DNA from: Ylistrum balloti | Lineage: Eukaryota | Reading direction: 5' to 3' | Assembly (NCBI RefSeq): GCF_031769215.1 | Contig: NW_026782309.1 | Location: forward strand, 248,001-312,000 | Length of the DNA: 64,000 bases | Shown here: positions 61,501 through 64,000 of the stretch, in pieces | How the letters are laid out: the number at the start of each line of letters is the position of its first letter | How positions within the stretch are numbered: position 1 is the first letter of the stretch | Translations under genes and position numbers: made by a program | Notes under the pieces: generated by a model | The model's database searches: none | What the model was told of the DNA's origin: nothing | The model's input: the letters and a program-made list of their open reading frames with translations, nothing else

Positions 61501-64000
61501 GGTTAGTGATTACTTGGTACATAAAAACTCTGGTTAGTGATAACTTGGTACGTAGAGTCTCTGGTTAGTGATTACTTGGTACGTAGAGTCTCTGGTTAGT
61601 GATTACTTGGTACGTAGAGTCTCTGGTTAGTGATTACTTGGTACATAAAAACTCTGGTTAGTGATAACTTGGTACGTAGAGTCTCTGGTTAGTGCTAACT
61701 TGGTACGTAGAGTCTCTGGTTAGTGGTTACTTGGTACATAGAGTCTCTGGTTAGTGATTACTTGGTACGTAGAAAATCTGGTTAGTGCTAACTTGGTACG
61801 TAGAGTCTCTGGTTAGTGATTACTTGGTACGTAGAGTCTCTGGTTAGTGATAACTTGGTACGTAGAGTCTCTGGTTAGTGATTACTTGGTACGTAGAGTC
61901 TCTGGTTAGTGATTACTTGGTACGTAGAGTCTCTGGTTAGTGATTACTTGGTACGTAGAGTCTCTGGTTAGTGATAACTTGGTACGTAGAGTCTCTGGTT
62001 AGTGGTTACTTGGTACGTAAAAACTCTGGTTAGTGATAACTTGGTACGTAGAGTCTCTGGTTAGTGATAACTTGGTACGGAGAGTCTCTGGTTAGTGTTT
62101 ACTTGGTACGTAGAGTCTCTGGTTAGTGATTACTTGGTACGTAGAGTCTCTGGTTAGTGATAACTTGGTACGGAGAGTCTCTGGTTAGTGATAACTTGGT
62201 ACGGAGAGTCTCTGGTTAGTGATAACTTGGTACGTAGAGTCTCTGGTTAGTGATAACTTGGTACGTAGAGTCTCTGGTTAGTGATTACTTGGTACGTAGA
62301 GTCTCTGGTTAGTGATAACTTGGTACGGAGAGTCTCTGGTTAGTGATTACTTGGTACGTAGAGTCTCTGGTTAGTGGTTACTTGGTACATAGAGTCTCTG
62401 GTTAGTGATAACTTGGTACGTAGAGTCTCTGGTTAGTGCTAACTTGGTACATAGAAAATGGTTAGTGCTAACTTGGTACTTGGTTAATGATAATTGTTTA
62501 GTAGGTATAGAACTAATTATATACTTTAGTCGAGGAGTGGACAGGCTTGTGATGGTATGTAACGTCATTGCTGATACTTGATGGTCAGTCATGGTAAATA
62601 TGATAACATTATTGCTCACCTTTGTTTAAGATTTGTGTATTTTTTAACATTGACATGCTCTCTACAGATAACATACCAGAGTACCAACCCAGAGGTGTGC
62701 TGCATGTGTTTGGAGGTGGTAGGAAAGTATGTCTCGTGGATAGATATCAACCTTATCGCCAATGATAAAGTTGTGGCTGCCCTGCTCCGCTTTATGTCCC
62801 AACCTCTGCTTCGAGAGAGTGCGTGCGACTGTATCCTGGACATCATCAACAAGGGCATGGACTCTGTTGCAAAAACCAAACTAGTGGAGTCGTTTACCAG
62901 TGTTTTGGAGAGTCAAGGAATTCTCTCTCCACCAGAGGTAAGTATTTACAGACATGTTTGGATGGAACACATTTGTTCAACACTAGTTGCTCAATTATCA
63001 GCTGATTTTATCGGTCTATTTTATGATATATCTTGAAATGTTACTCTCCATGTACATGTAAATTAAGCATCTTTGACTGTTTCGTGGGAAAATTTCTAGA
63101 AAATTGTAAAAAAAAAACTAGTGTAGAACATTCAAACACATCCAAGCATTCAATTGATTATGATAAAAGTGTCTTATTGATCATGATTTTCACTGTAAAT
63201 GGACAGTATGGGCAGGGATGGCTGCTTCTGCTAATCCCAAAGTTTTATGCCTTTAATATCAGTCAGCAGTCAAAACTATTCCCCAGCAGATCTTGGGACC
63301 AAATAGATGAACTGTTAACTGCTTTTGTTTACAGGATGAGGAAGGAGACTTCATGGCCAAATTGTCAAAACTCATCAATGGTATTGGTGTCAACCTTATT
63401 CTCAGCTGGCAAAAGTAGGTTCAGATTGGTTATTATAGCAATAAATAGAGACATTAAAAAAGGTATAGGATGGAATTTTTGGATTAATAACATATTTCTT
63501 ATTTGTCTTCTATGATATTTCTTCAATTTTAACTTTGTCAATAAAAGCAATTATATGCGACTATCGCATAATGTCTTGTCAGTATCCAACAATAGGTATG
63601 ATTTTCAGATAGTGATAAGTGTTTGATTGTATAACTGAATGTATTTAAAGTTTTGGGTTTTTTTTAAACATTTTATATTAAAAAGAATTTTATTTCTTCT
63701 ATAAATTGACTAACTTGACCAACACAAACATATCCCAGTTTTAGTTATTTAACTCTACCTTTATCAAATATTTTGCAACAATCGGATACTGACATTGTCA
63801 TAACTGATTTAGAAAAAATCCTTAACAAAGATGAATTTCCAGCAATAAAATTTTAAATCATAATTGTTTAATTGACATAATGTCTACATTTTTTCTGTAG
63901 ACTGTCAAAAACTGGAGACACTGAGGCTACAGAAATGGCTCTGCAAGCCTTGGAGAACAAAGTTCCTCTTATGTTTCGATTCCTTGGTGATGAAGATGAT
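58537..64000 (+). CDS. XPOT: Exportin-T (tRNA exportin), 3'-partial. Exons 58537-58596, 59334-59419, 59784-59840, 60173-60242, 60411-60629, 61124-61207, 62668-62937, 63335-63414, 63901->64000
   Basis: MDEEALRGL, DHVRFFCLQV, FIRNKMAQV..F..DYPHRWPSFF, IYLRIFLAIDSEVVDRDI, RNTLIKDTMR, YVSWIDINLIAND, LRESACDCILDIINKGMD and FLGDEDD; all junctions are GT-AG and in frame. Confidence 0.95.
61304..62479 (+). repeat. 31-bp minisatellite (~38 copies) in an XPOT intron
   Basis: Unit GTAGAGTCTCTGGTTAGTGATTACTTGGTAC, with variants at the GAT/GGT/GCT-T/A positions. Confidence 0.97.

Noticed and set aside
61304-62479. Second CRISPR-like array
   Set aside because: Contiguous 31-bp tandem units without spacers; an ordinary minisatellite.

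Overview
AT-rich (AT-biased introns) animal genomic DNA, most likely a bivalve mollusc (inferred from protein content, TACATGTA-rich introns and repeat families). No CRISPR, rRNA or tRNA genes were seen. Six spliced genes can be reconstructed from splice sites and reading frames: (1) a 5'-partial ankyrin/ZU5-like/UPA-like/tandem death-domain gene (+, 387-10010); (2) a PLCXD-family PI-PLC X-domain gene (+); (3) ARL6IP5/PRAF3 (-) head-to-head with (4) UBA3 (+); (5) RPL18A (-) head-to-head with (6) XPOT (+, runs off the 3' end). The main accessory element is a near-intact, apparently young tyrosine-recombinase retrotransposon (DIRS order, PAT-like, split direct repeats; 20411-25680, -). It has one gag-RT-RNaseH-MT ORF carrying a 150-aa insertion inside RNase H, a frameshifted YR without its own upstream ATG, and a palindromic target site. 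RPL18A intron 3 hosts four SNORA68-like H/ACA copies and a SNORD58-like C/D snoRNA with a second 28S-complementary tract. UBA3 has a U12-type intron and three independent tandem duplications of its own splice sites, including a ~43-copy 39-bp minisatellite built from an exon end plus donor; XPOT has a similar exon-derived minisatellite. An internally deleted Harbinger, a LINE fragment, a SINE and HINE/MITE-like repeats are also present. All calls are by-eye; no database searches were run.
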